Source of the DNA: Octopus sinensis
Lineage: Eukaryota
Assembly: GCF_006345805.1 (NCBI RefSeq)
Contig: NC_043020.1
Location: forward strand, 9,424,001-9,488,000
Length of the DNA stretch: 64,000 nucleotides
Reading direction: 5' to 3'
Shown: piece by piece, positions 51,971 to 64,000 of the stretch
Layout of the letters: every line of letters starts with the position of its first letter
Position numbering within the stretch: the stretch's first letter is position 1
The notes under the pieces: generated by a model
Told to the model about the DNA's origin: nothing
The model's database searches: none
The model's input: only the letters and a program-made list of their open reading frames with translations
Program-made: the position numbers and the translations under genes

Positions 51971-54900
51971 GTAATATTAAGAAGGATACGATATTTCAGA
52001 TACAATATTTATGTTATTGACACATTTTTGTTAGGGTTAGAATATCAAGAGGATATTATTCAGTAGAAGAAATTCATTAAAAAATTTAATCATTTACTCA
52101 GATATAAAAACAAAGTCGCTAAGATCAAGAAAGATTAAACAATGTAAAGTAAAATTGAATTAATTACGATCTTTTCGGTTTGAACGGCAGTTTTTTAAAA
52201 ATAATTTCCACGTAACTAAACACTTTTAAACTTCGTATACTGGTAGAATGTGTTTATAAAACATCTTTTTCTCTTGGCTTTATTGAGAAAATTCTATAGT
52301 TTGTAAGATATTTGTTTTTGGTTTTTTTTCTTCAATTTCTGCAATTTCAACCAATCAATGACGTCTATTGAGGTGAAAACATTCTGTGCCGTATGAATAT
52401 GTCCCTCGTTTAAGAAACAGATTGGGTTTATTTACATTTCTGAAGAAAAAAAAAGGCGCAGGAGTGGCTGTGTGGTAAGTAGTTTGTCTATCAACCACAT
52501 GGTTCCGGGTTCAGTCCCACTGCGTGGCACCTTGGGCAAGTGTCTTCTACCATAGCCTCGGGCTGACCAAAGCCTTGTGAGTGGATTTGGTAGACGGAAA
52601 CTGAAAGAAGCCCGTCGTATATATGTATATGTATATATATATGCGTGTGTGTGTTTGTGTGTCTGTGTTTGTCCCCTAGCATTGCTTGACAACCGATGCT
52701 GGTGTGTTTATGTCCCCGTTACTTAGCGGTTCGGCAAAAAGAGACCGATAGAATAAGTACTGGGCTTACAAGAATAAGTCCCGGGGTCGAGTTCCTCGAT
52801 TAAAGGTGGTGCTCCAGCATGGCCGCAGTCAAATGACTGAAACTAGTAAAAGAGTAAAAAGAGTAAATACCCTTCCCCCCACCCCTAACTAACCCTAACC
52901 CTAAAATTACTTGTAAATCTGTCCTAATTTAATTGGAGTACAAAAATCATTTTGTACTACACAATGAAGAAAAATATTCCATTTCGGAGAAATAACTTTC
53001 AGCAACTCCAAAGAAATTTATAGAAAGAGTTTTAGCAGTCTCTGCTATTGTGTTTTTAACATAGCAAATCCATGAGAGAGGTTATCTCAGGACAAATACT
53101 GCAGTAATTGGCCTATCAAACTGTAGGATACACAGATACTACATAATGATATTGTTTTTCACTTAGAGAATAAGGTAATTAACCCTTTAGCATTCAGATT
53201 ATTGACAAAATCATTTACAGAGCAGGAGTGGCTGTGTGGTAAGTAGCTTGCTAACCAACCACATGGTTCCGGGTTCAGTCCCACTGCGTGGCATCTTGGG
53301 CAAGTGTCTTCTACTATAGCCCTGGGACGACCAATGCCTTGTGAGTGGATTTGGTAGACGGAAACTGAAAGAAGCCTGTCGTATATATGTATATATATAT
53401 ATATGTGTGTGTGTTTGTGTGTCTGTGTTTGTCCCCCTAGCATTGCTTGACAACCGATGCTGGTGTGTTTACGTCCCCGTCACTTAGCGGTTCGGCAAAA
53501 AAGACCGCTAGAATAAGTACTGGGCTTACAAAGAATAAGTCCTGGGGTCGATTTGCTCGACTAAAGGCGGTGCTCCAGCATGGCTGCAGTCAAATGACTG
53601 AAACAAGTAAAAGAGTAAAGAGCGGCTAACTGGCTTCCGTGCCACTGGCACGTAAAAGGGCACCGTTCGAGTGTGATCGTTACCAATGTCGCCTTACTGG
53701 CATCTGTGCTGGTGGCATGTGTAAAAGGATTCGAGCGAGGTCTTTGCCAGTTCCGCCTGACTGATCCCCGTGCCAGTGGCACGTAAAAAGCACCCACTAC
53801 ACTCTCGGAGTGGTTGACATTAGGAAGGGCATCCAGTTGTAGAAACTCTGCCAGGTCAAGATTGGAGCCTGGTGCAGCCATCTGGTTCGCCAGTCCTCAG
53901 TCAAATCATCCAACCCATGATAGCAATTTAAAAAAGACTCCGCCGGTTACGACGACGAGGGTCCCAGCTGATACGATCAACGGAACAGCTTGCTCGTGAA
54001 ATTAACGTGCAAATGGCTGAGCATTCCACAGACACGTGTACCCTTAACGTAGTTCTCGGGGATAATCAGCGTGACACAGAGAGTGACAAGGCTGACCCTT
54101 TGAAATACAAGTACAACTCATTTTTGCCAGCTGAGTGGACTGGAGCAACGTGAAGTAAAGTGTCTTGCTCAAGGACACAACGCATCGACGGGAATCGAAC
54201 TCACAACCTTACGATCATGAGCCGAATGCCCTAACCACTAAGCCACGCGCCCTCACCCATGATAGCATGGAAAGCAGACATTAAACGATGATGATGATGA
54301 TGATGTTATGTCTATTTATTTTCTAAAAAAGACAATTATAGCAATATAAATGTTATTCTTTACATATATAAAATATAAAAATACCAGTAATTATTAAAAT
54401 ATATGACGTAGAACATAACGTTATATATTTTAATAATTACTGATATTTTTATATTTTACTAGCAGTATCGCCCGGCGTTGCTCGGGTTTGTAAGGGAAAT
54501 AACTATATAAGCATTTTTAGAGATGTAAAGTATAATAGCCATCTCAATATGGCTAACCACAAAGGGGGGGGTGTTACTGTAGCTTTTTACGTTCTGAGAT
54601 TTAATAAAATTTTAGAGAGTTACTTCCCTTATATATGCCAAAAATGCATTAAAAATGGGAAAAATTTTTTTTAAATCGTAGAAGGGCTCGATATGAATCA
54701 CGACTATAAGATACCCGATTTTGGTTAAACTGCACCACAAAATGTGTGAGTAGTTAGGAATCTAAATCGTAGGAGACAGACACACAACTTCCTCTTTTAT
54801 ATATAAAGATATATTATATATGTAAAGCATGATAGGCTGTACATGTATGTATTTTGTTATAATTGTCTTTTTTTAAAAAATAAATAAATAGACATAATAT

Positions 54901-57900
54901 AATCTTATCTATAATCTTGATCCCCTCCATTTTCATATCTATATATATAAAACTCTAGTTGTGTGAGTGTCTGTCCCCTTCGATTTAGATTCCTAACTCC
55001 TCCCACATTTTGCGGTGCAGTTTAACCAAATTCGGGTATCTTATAGTCGTGATTCATATCGAGCCCGTCTGACTATTAGCGCGCGTCAACGATGAGTCTA
55101 CGATTTAAAAAATAATTTAACATAATTTTTTATTCCATTTTAATGCATAAAATGCATCGTATGTTGATGGCGGCGGAGTTGGCGTCCACGCTCACAGCTG
55201 CACCTGTTTGCTTCTCCCCTCCCTCGTGAAGCTGTGAGGAAGGGAGTGTAAAGAAATCAACGTCGTAATGCGTTGTGAAGGAAACCAGCGTTCTTTTAGA
55301 ACAACGACTTCATGGCTTGAAGACACCAAAACAAAAATGGCTAAGAAAGCCCGAATTTATAAGGGAAGTAACTCTCTAAAAATGCTTATATAGTTATTTC
55401 CCTTACAAACCCTGTGTTGCTTCTCCCCCTTCTTCCCTCCCTCGTGAAGCTGTGGGGAAGGGAGTGTAAGGAAATCAATGTCGTAAAGCGTTGTCAAGGA
55501 GACCAGCGTTCTTTTAGAACAACGACTTCATGGCTTGAAGACACTGAGTCAACAATTTAAAAAAAAAATTACTATCATTCTTTATTCCATTTTTAATGCA
55601 TTTTTTTGCTATAACTCTCTAAAAATGCTTATATAGTTATTTCCCTTACAAACCCGAGCAACGCCGGGCGATACTGCTAGTTGATGTATAAATTAAGGGT
55701 AAAACAACTTTTTACCCTCACCCATTTATTACATTCAGTAGTGCAATTGCCATGCAATAAAAAAAACACTTGTGTATTGATAATTGGGTTTTCTACCAAC
55801 AGTATATTGGATAGATATTATCCCTTGGTTGGATTCACAACCTTTCTCTTGGAATTATATATATAATCATCATTTAAGATTTCTGTGGTTAAACTACATT
55901 CTTACAAAAGTAGTGAAAAACAATTTGAAAATGAATACATATATTCAAAGAAGTATATATAACAGGTATCAAATCCCAACATTAATAAAATGTTATATAC
56001 AAAACTAGCAGTATTGCCCGGCGTTGCTCGGGTTTGTAAGGGAAATAACTATAAAGTATTTTTAGAGAGTTATAGCCAAAAAGTAGCAAAAAAAATGCAT
56101 CAAAAATGGTAAAAAAATTATGGTAAATTTTTTTTTAAATAGTTGACTCATCGTAGACATTTTTAGAGAGTTACTTCCCTTATATAATAGCGAAAAAAAA
56201 TGCATTAAAATAGAAAAAAATGATGGTAAATTATTTTTTAAATTGTAGACTCATCGTAGACGCGCGCAATACCCAGAAGGGCTCGATATGAATCACGACT
56301 ATAAGATACCCGGTTTTGGTTAAACTGCACCGCAAAATGTGGGAGTAGTTAGGAATCTAAATCGGAGTAGACAGACACACAACCTTACTTTTATATATAA
56401 AGATACGGAGGTAATGTAGCATACATGTTGATAAAGTAAATGTGATGATAATGTTTAAGAAAACAGTGTTACTCATATGTGTGACTTGACAGAAAGTGCA
56501 AACATCATCATCATAGTTTAACGTCCGTTTTCCATGCTAGCACGGGTTGGACGGTTCAACCGGGGTCTGGGGAGCCAGGGGCTGCCCCAGGCTCCAGTCT
56601 GATCTGGCAGTGTTTCTACAGCTGGATGTCCTTCCTAACGCCAACCACTCCGCAAGTGTAGTGGGTGCTTTTTACGTGCCACCTGCACAGGTGCCAGAGG
56701 GGTCTGGCATCGGCCACTTTCGGATGGTGCTTTTTATGTGCCACCGGCACAGAAGCCATTCGAGGCAGGGTTGGCATCGGTCACGTTCGGATGGTGCTTT
56801 TTATTATTTCTTCATTTACAAATCCCAGTTTATTGATGATCTTGACACACTAAAATTACCCATCAACAAGATCAAGCTTGCTTCATTTGTTTCCACCTTT
56901 CACATATCCCTTACATTCTATTTTCACACCACCACATAACATTGCACTTCACGGTCTATTTTATACTTGATGAAAGTATACTCTTGTTACTTACCTGATT
57001 TTTCTCTCACTATATTCTTATTCTGGCGGCTAGCTGGCAGAAACGTTAGCGCGCTGGGCGAAATGCTTAGCGGTATTTCGTCTGTCATTACGTTCTGAGT
57101 TCAAATTCCGCCGAGGTCAACTTTGCCTTTCATCCTTACGGGGTCGATAAATAAAGTACCAGTTTCGCACTGGGGTCGATGTAATCGACTTAATCCCTTT
57201 GTCTGTCCTTGTTTCTCCCCTCTATGTTTAGCCCCTTGTGGGCAGTAAAGAAATATATATTCTTATTCTGGTTACAATGCTTTCAGATCTCTTTCTTCCA
57301 TTGCTGACGACAGGATAGTCACAGAAACTATCAACTACTTGTGTAAAACCTTCTGAACATTGCAACCAATTCATTTTACAAGTGCTTTGACTGTTAACTA
57401 CTACTGTGCATTTCTTCAGTTTCTGCTGAACAAATTCAAAAACAAGGCATTGGTTGGTTCTGGGTCACAGCATAATAGGATGAAACCCAAAATATGTTTG
57501 CAAATGGAACTTCTTAATCTCACATCTAAGTCTGTATCTATGTTTGTAGAATTAGATATTGACTTGATGGGAAGCACTCCGTCGGTTACGACGATGAGGG
57601 TTCCGGTTGATCCGACCAACTCGTGAAATTAACGTGTAAGTGGCTGAGCACTCCACAGACACGTGCACCCATAACGTAGTTCTCGGGGATATTCAGCGTG
57701 ACACAGAGAGTGACAAGGCCGGCCCTTTGAAATACAGGTACAACAGAAACAGGAAGTAAGAGTGAGAGAAAGTTGTGGTGAAAGAGTACAGCAGGGATCA
57801 CCACCATCCCCTGCCGGAGCCTCGTGGAGCTTTTAGGTGTTTTCACTCAGTAAACACTCACAACGCCCGGTCTGGGAATCGAAACCGCGAGTCCGCTGCC

Positions 57901-59707
57901 CTAACCACTGGGCCATTGCGCCTCCACAGATATTGACTACTCCATACTCAAATACCAATTTCAAAACCATGATTTGTTTTCTTAAATTCATGGGTTCTAG
58001 TTTTAGTTATTAAACTTGTATTGAGACCCATCTACATCCTGAGCATATTTATTGAGGGGTTGTTGTTTGTTCCTTCATAAGGGCCGGTTTCCCAGTTTCT
58101 TGGCATATAGGTTCCCCACCTGGACGGGACGCCGGTCAGTCGCAGGTGAGCTGCAAGATGCAGGAGGAAAGAGTGAAAGAAAGTTGTGGCGAAAGAGTCA
58201 GCAGAAGTTTCGCCATTACCTTCTGCCGGAGCCGCGTGGAGCTTAGGTGTTTTCGCTCATAAACACACACATCGCCCGGTCTGAGATTGGAACCCGCGAT
58301 CCCTCGACCGCAAGTCAACTGCTCTAACCACTAGGCCATGTGCCTCCACTATTGAGAGGTTGACAAGTAAGTCACTTGATGCAGTTTTGGTGATTGGTTT
58401 CATCATTTAGTAATAGTTAAGTCTATTTTTAATTTTCCCTGTCACCATGCGACAAAATATTAATCTCTCTTTTACTTGTTTCAGTCATTTGACAGCGGCC
58501 ATGCTGGAGCACCGCCTTTTAATCGAGCAAATCGACCCCGGGACTTATTCTTTTGTAAGCCCAGTACCTATTCTATCCGTCTCTTTTGCCGAACCACTAA
58601 GTGACGGGGACATAAACACACCAGCATCGGTTGTCAAGCAATGCTAGGGGGACAAACACACACATGCATATATATATGTACATAAATACGACGGGCTTCT
58701 TTCAGTTTCCGTCTACCAAATCCACTCACAAGGCTTTGGTCGGCCCGAGGCTATAGTAGAAGACACTTGGCCAAGGTGCCACGCAGTGGGACTGAACCCG
58801 GAACCATGTGGCTGGTTAGCAAGCTACTTACCACACAGCCACTCCTGCGCCTATTGTTCTAATATTGGAATATCTAACAAAGCTATGGCTAGACTCGATG
58901 GTACTTGATTAACCTGAGAAGGAATTATACTGAAAAAGCAAATACAAATACTTTAATTTCTTGAAGATCTCTGTCAGCAGATATGATTTTTATCCTAAAC
59001 TACAAAATTCTCAAAAACAGAGTTTTTCTTAAATTGTATTCCGTGCAGGTGGCACGTAAAATGCACCAATCCGACCGTGGCCGATGCCAGCCTCGCCTGG
59101 CACCAGTGCAGGTGGCACGTAAAAAGCACCCATTACACTCTCGGAGTGGTTGGCGTTAGGAAGGGCATCCAGCTGTAGAAACTTTGCCAGATAAGCCCGG
59201 AGCCTGGTGCAGCCTTCTGGCTTCCCAGATCCCCGGTCGAACCGTCCAACCTATGCTAGCATGGAGAACGGACGTTAAACGATGATGATGATGATAATGA
59301 CATCCGAGCGTGATCGTTGCCAGAGCAGCCAACTGGCCCCATGCCAGTGGCACGTAAAAGGCACCCACTACACTCTTGGAGTGGTTGGCATTAGGAAGGG
59401 CATCCAGCTGCAGAAACTCTGCCAGATCAAGATTGGAGCCTGGTGCGGCTGTCCGGTTCGCCAGCCCTCAGTCAAAATCGTCCAACCCATGGACGATTTC
59501 TAGCATGGAAGGCAGACGTTAAACGATGATGACTATGGCTTTTTATGGCTGGCTGCCCTAACCATCACCATCAATTTCAGTGTGTACTCTATGTATTTTA
59601 TTGTGGAACCAGCACAAAATTGGTTGTTATGTTGCTAGCAGCATTAGAGTGTTGATGTCTCTGTTCACTTACTACTCACTTCACATCGTGTAATCTTAGC
59701 AGATGAG

Positions 59708-62320
59708 TCATTGATTACAGATATCATTGTGATGTAGCTTTTTGTTAGAAGGATTACATTTGTGTTTGGTTAAAGATGAATTTTGAGAAAATGATTTACC
59801 GCAGTTATCACAGTGATATGGTTTATCTCCTGTATGAATGTATTTGTGAATAGTTAATGTGTTACTTACAGAGAATGATTTACCACAGATATTACACTGG
59901 TAAGGTTTTTCACCTGTATGAATGCGGTTGTGCTTAGTGACATCACTATTTTGAGAGAAAGATTTACCACAAATATCGCACTTGTAGGGTCTATCTCCTG
60001 TATGAGTGCGTCTGTGAATTGTTAAGTGAGCTGTTTGAGAGAATGATTTATCACACATCTCACAGTGATATGGTTTCTCACCCGTGTGAGTACGACTGTG
60101 AACAGTTAAATGACCTGTCTGAGTGAAGGATTTACCGCAGATGTTACAGCGATATGCTTTCTCTCTGGTATGAGATTTATTGTGTCTTGTTAACTGACCT
60201 TTTTGAGAGAATGATTTACCACAGATATCACAGTGGTACGGTTTTTCCCCTGTATGAATACGTTTGTGAACAGTCAATACGTATCTGTAAGTGAATGATT
60301 TATCACAGATATCACAGCGAAATACTTTTTGTGTTGCATGAACGTATCTCTTGTGTGTCGTTAACCGACTTGCTTTTGCAAACAACTTGCCGCATATGCC
60401 ACACTCAAATGATTTTCCTTCTGTATGAACATATTTGTGAACAGTCAATGCACTTGCATGAGCAAACGATCTACCGCAGGTATCACAGTGATATGGTCTT
60501 TCACCTGTGTGAATACGCTTGTGACAATTTAACGCACTTCTGTAAGCAAATAATTTACCACAGATGTCACAGTGATACGGTTTCTCCCCAGTATGAACAC
60601 GCCTGTGAAGATTTAGTGAACTGCGATGAATGAACGATTTACCACAGATATCGCAATGATATGGTTTCTCTTTTGTATGAATGCACCTTCTGTGCATCGT
60701 TAACTGACTCGTTTGAGAGAATGATTTACCACAAATGTCACAGTGATATGGCTTTTCTCCGGAATGAATTCTTTTGTGAACAGTTAACGCACTTGAAGAA
60801 GTGAACGATTTACCACAGATATCACAATGGTGTAGTCTTTCCCCTGTATGAATACGTTTGTGAACAGTTAATGTACATCCATAGCTAAAAGATTTACCAC
60901 AGATATCACACTGATAAGGTTTCTTCCCAGTGTGAATTTGTTTGTGAATAGTTAATGTACTCCCAGAAATGAGTGATTTACCACAGATATCACACTGATA
61001 CGGTTTCTTCCCAGTATGAATTTGTTTGTGAATAGTTAATGTACTCCCAGAAATGAATGATTTATCACAGATATCAAAGTGATGTGGTTTTTCTTGAGAA
61101 TGAGTGTGTTTCTTGTGCAACATTAATTCACTTTCTCCAGGGAATGATTTACCACAGATCGCACAGTGAAATAGCTTGTCTCTCGAATGAATACGTTTGT
61201 GAACAGTTAATGCACTTCCATCAGAGAAAGATTTACCACAGATATCGCAGGTATATGGTTTCTCACCTGTATGCAAGCGTCTCTTGTGTGTTGTTAACTG
61301 GCTTGTTTGAGTGAATGTTTTGCCACAGATATTGCAGTGGTAAGGCTTCTCCCCTGTATGAATACGTTTGTGAATAGTCAATGTACCTCTACAACCGAAC
61401 GACTTACCGCAGCTATCACAGTGATATAATTTCTCTCCTGTGTGAGTATGTTTGTGTTTAGTCAAAGTATTACCATCAACAAATACTTTACCGCAAATAT
61501 CACAGTGATACGGTTTTTCTCCTGTATGAAAACGTTTGTGAACAGTTAATTTACTTTTATAAGTGAATGATTTACTACAAATATCACAGCGATATGGTTC
61601 CTCTCCGGTATGAATACGCTTATGAATTGTTATGCTGCTACCATTACTGAAAGATTTACCACAGATATTGCACTGATATGGCTTCTCTCCTGTATGAACA
61701 CGTCTGTGAGAGTTTAAATGAACTTTTTGAAAGAATGACTTACCACAGGTATCACAGTGATACGACTTCTCACCTGTATGAATAATTTTGTGTTTAGTCA
61801 AATTACCTCTGTCAGAGAATGATTCGCCACAAATGTTACACTGATATGGTTTCTCTCCTGTATGAATACGTATGTGTCGTGTTAGGCCATTAGTGTGAGA
61901 GAATGATTTACCACAGATATCACAGTGATATGGCCTTTCACCTGTATGTGTACGTTTGTGACCAGTTAAGTGACCTCTTAGAGAGAATGATTTACCGCAG
62001 ATATCACAGCTGTGAGGTCTCTCTCCAGTATGGAGATGCTTGTGAGTAATTAATGTACGTATTCGAGTGAATGATTTACCGCAGATATCACAGCCGTGTG
62101 GCTTCTCTCCCGTATGTAGATATCTATGTTCAGTTAAGTTAAGTTTTAGAGTGAATGATTTACCACAGATATCACAATGATATCGTTTCTTTGCTTTCTG
62201 TTTTTTGTCAATGCATTTATGAGTAGCAAGCTTACATTCCTGAGAGAATGACTTTTTACACCTATCACAATGGTACGATGATTTTCCGGTCGATTTTGGC
62301 AATTCTTCAGGGAAATTCAT
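59708..62320 (-). CDS. C2H2 zinc-finger protein, paralogue B, copy 3 (870 aa, 30 finger units; first and last C2HC-type, finger 15 lacks its first Cys)
   Basis: Uninterrupted ORF with a 16-aa leader ([16 protein letters not shown]). Confidence 0.95.
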   Translation of the reverse strand: MNFPEELPKSTGKSSYHCDRCKKSFSQECKLATHKCIDKKQKAKKRYHCDICGKSFTLKLNLTEHRYLHTGEKPHGCDICGKSFTRIRTLITHKHLHTGERPHSCDICGKSFSLRGHLTGHKRTHTGERPYHCDICGKSFSHTNGLTRHIRIHTGEKPYQCNICGESFSDRGNLTKHKIIHTGEKSYHCDTCGKSFFQKVHLNSHRRVHTGEKPYQCNICGKSFSNGSSITIHKRIHTGEEPYRCDICSKSFTYKSKLTVHKRFHTGEKPYHCDICGKVFVDGNTLTKHKHTHTGEKLYHCDSCGKSFGCRGTLTIHKRIHTGEKPYHCNICGKTFTQTSQLTTHKRRLHTGEKPYTCDICGKSFSDGSALTVHKRIHSRDKLFHCAICGKSFPGESELMLHKKHTHSQEKPHHFDICDKSFISGSTLTIHKQIHTGKKPYQCDICGKSLISGSTLTIHKQIHTGKKPYQCDICGKSFSYGCTLTVHKRIHTGERLHHCDICGKSFTSSSALTVHKRIHSGEKPYHCDICGKSFSQTSQLTMHRRCIHTKEKPYHCDICGKSFIHRSSLNLHRRVHTGEKPYHCDICGKLFAYRSALNCHKRIHTGERPYHCDTCGRSFAHASALTVHKYVHTEGKSFECGICGKLFAKASRLTTHKRYVHATQKVFRCDICDKSFTYRYVLTVHKRIHTGEKPYHCDICGKSFSQKGQLTRHNKSHTREKAYRCNICGKSFTQTGHLTVHSRTHTGEKPYHCEMCDKSFSQTAHLTIHRRTHTGDRPYKCDICGKSFSQNSDVTKHNRIHTGEKPYQCNICGKSFSVSNTLTIHKYIHTGDKPYHCDNCGKSFSQNSSLTKHKCNPSNKKLHHNDICNQ

Positions 62321-62642
62321 CCTCCTTCTATATCTTCTTTTCTCAGGACTAGATATGGATTGTTTTTCATTTGTTAATCAAAACTTTATTACTGCAATGT
62401 ACTTTGATAGTTCTTGCAAATTTAAACGGAGCACAAAATCAGCTTTGAAGGTAATGAAGGGAAAAAAAATGTCCCTCTCACAAGAAATATTTCTCAGTTC
62501 TTCAGGATGACATTTTACTAAAATCTTTAAAAAGTTATAAATATTGACGATCTATCTTCGCTGATGCTATCTGGTATTCTGAAATGAGAGAGAAATAGTT
62601 TAAGATATTGAAGATAATTTAAAAAAAAAAAAAGAAATTTAA

Positions 62643-62826
62643 CCCTTTTGTTACCATATTTATTTTGAGATGCTCTGCATTTCTTTCAATTAATTTTAAA
62701 TATAACAAAGAATTTAGTAAAATAACTTAGTTATCATTAAGCTAGTGTTAGGAACATAAATTGTGACTAAAGTTTGGTGGCAGATCAGAGCCAGAGGCGG
62801 TTTCAGCCAGGTTGGTATCAAAAGGG
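62643..62826. mobile_element. piggyBac-like MITE with an intact TTAA on both sides
   Basis: TTAA at 62639-62642 and 62827-62830. Confidence 0.85.
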
Positions 62827-63708
62827 TTAACAGTGAAATTTTTGTACAATTCTATATTGATAAATTATAATTTTTTACCACCACAACTGAACATTACTTT
62901 TTGCATGTCAACATAATTAGATTGGGTAACACTAAACATATTACAATAAACAATAGTGATTATACATTACATCTGGACTAATACCTATTTCTTTATTACC
63001 CACAAGAGGCTAAACACAGAGGGGACAAACAAGGACAGACATAGGTATTAAGTCGATTACATCGACCCCAGTGCGTAACTGGTACTTAATTTATCGACCC
63101 CGAAAGGATGAAAGGCAAAGTTGACCTCGGCGGAATTTGAACTCACAACGTAACGGCAGACGAAATACCTATTTCTTTATTACCCACAAGGGGCTAAACA
63201 CAGAGGGGACAAACAAGGAAAGACATAGGTATTAAGTCGATTACATCGACCCCAATGCGTAACTGGTACTTAATTTATCGATCCCCGAAAGGATGAAAGG
63301 CAAAGTCGACCTCGGCGGAATTTGAACTCAGAACGTAACGGCAGACGAAATACTGCTAAGCATTTCACCCAGCGTGCTAACGTTTCTGCCAGCTCGCCGC
63401 CTTTCTGGACTAATACCTTCTAGTGGAAATTTACGGATTTTCCATACACACAGGAAGCAGGTAAGAAGAAATATGCAAGGCTTTTTTTTCTCTAAGTTTA
63501 AAATGTGACATTGTTTTTGTTATATTTACATTCCACACGCATAGGCGCAGGAGTGGCTGTGTGGTAAGTAGCTTGCTAACCAACCACATGGTTCCGGGTT
63601 CAGTCCCACTGCGTGGCATCTTGGGCAAGTGTCTTCTGCTATAGCCCCGGGCCGATCAATGCCTTGTGAGTGGATTTGGTAGACGGAAACTGAAAGAAGC
63701 CTGTCGTA

Positions 63709-63761
<53 letters not shown>

Positions 63762-64000
63762 TTGTGTGTCTGTGTTTGTCCCCCTAGCATTGCTTGACAA
63801 CCGATGCTGGTGTGTTTACGTCCCCGTCACTTAGCGGTTCGGCAAAAGAGACCGATAGAATAAGTACTGGACTTACAAAGAATAAGTCCCAGGGTCGATT
63901 TGCTCGATTAAAGGCGGTGCTCCAGCATGGCCGCAGTCAAATGACTGAAACAAGTAAAAGAGTAAAGAGTAAGAGCATAAATACAGGACAAACACGCACG

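Larger units (their letters stand above)
37544..59038. repeat. Segmental repeat unit 2 (21,495 bp; ZNF-B2 and ZNF-C2)
   Basis: Bounded by identical junctions AAATTGTA|TTCCGTGCAGG at 37544 and 59039. Confidence 0.95.
59039..64000. repeat. Segmental repeat unit 3 (partial; runs off the window)
   Basis: Near-identical to 37544-42500, including all three unit-2-specific insertions. Confidence 0.95.

Noticed and set aside
59708-62320. Assigning a vertebrate gene symbol, or calling PRDM9 or KRAB-ZNF
   Set aside because: There is no SET, KRAB, SCAN or BTB sequence; similarity to named ZNFs would reflect only the generic finger scaffold.

Overview
AT-rich, repeat-dense animal DNA that most resembles an octopus C2H2 zinc-finger (ZNF) gene cluster; the species is inferred from finger style and the tRNA-derived SINE families, not from a database hit. 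Six minus-strand ZNF loci belong to three paralogue types: A (9 fingers, truncated at a CR1-type LINE fragment), B (30 finger units, three copies) and C (30 fingers, two copies). B and C lie in a tandem segmental repeat of about 21.5 kb (15165-37543, 37544-59038, 59039 to window end). All three types appear to share a two-exon layout: a conserved non-coding leader exon ending in GTAAGT, an intron of about 2 kb ending in a pyrimidine tract plus CAG, and one long exon encoding an almost pure finger array with no recognisable effector domain. The leftmost B copy has an in-frame 933-bp (11-finger) internal duplication. The rest is SINEs (often nested, with TSDs), CR1 fragments, piggyBac-like, Mutator-like and 8-bp-TSD MITEs, and non-autonomous Helitrons. 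Several frameshifts and garbled patches may be long-read consensus errors, so the pseudogene calls and the youngest duplication need read-level checks. All alignments were done by eye.
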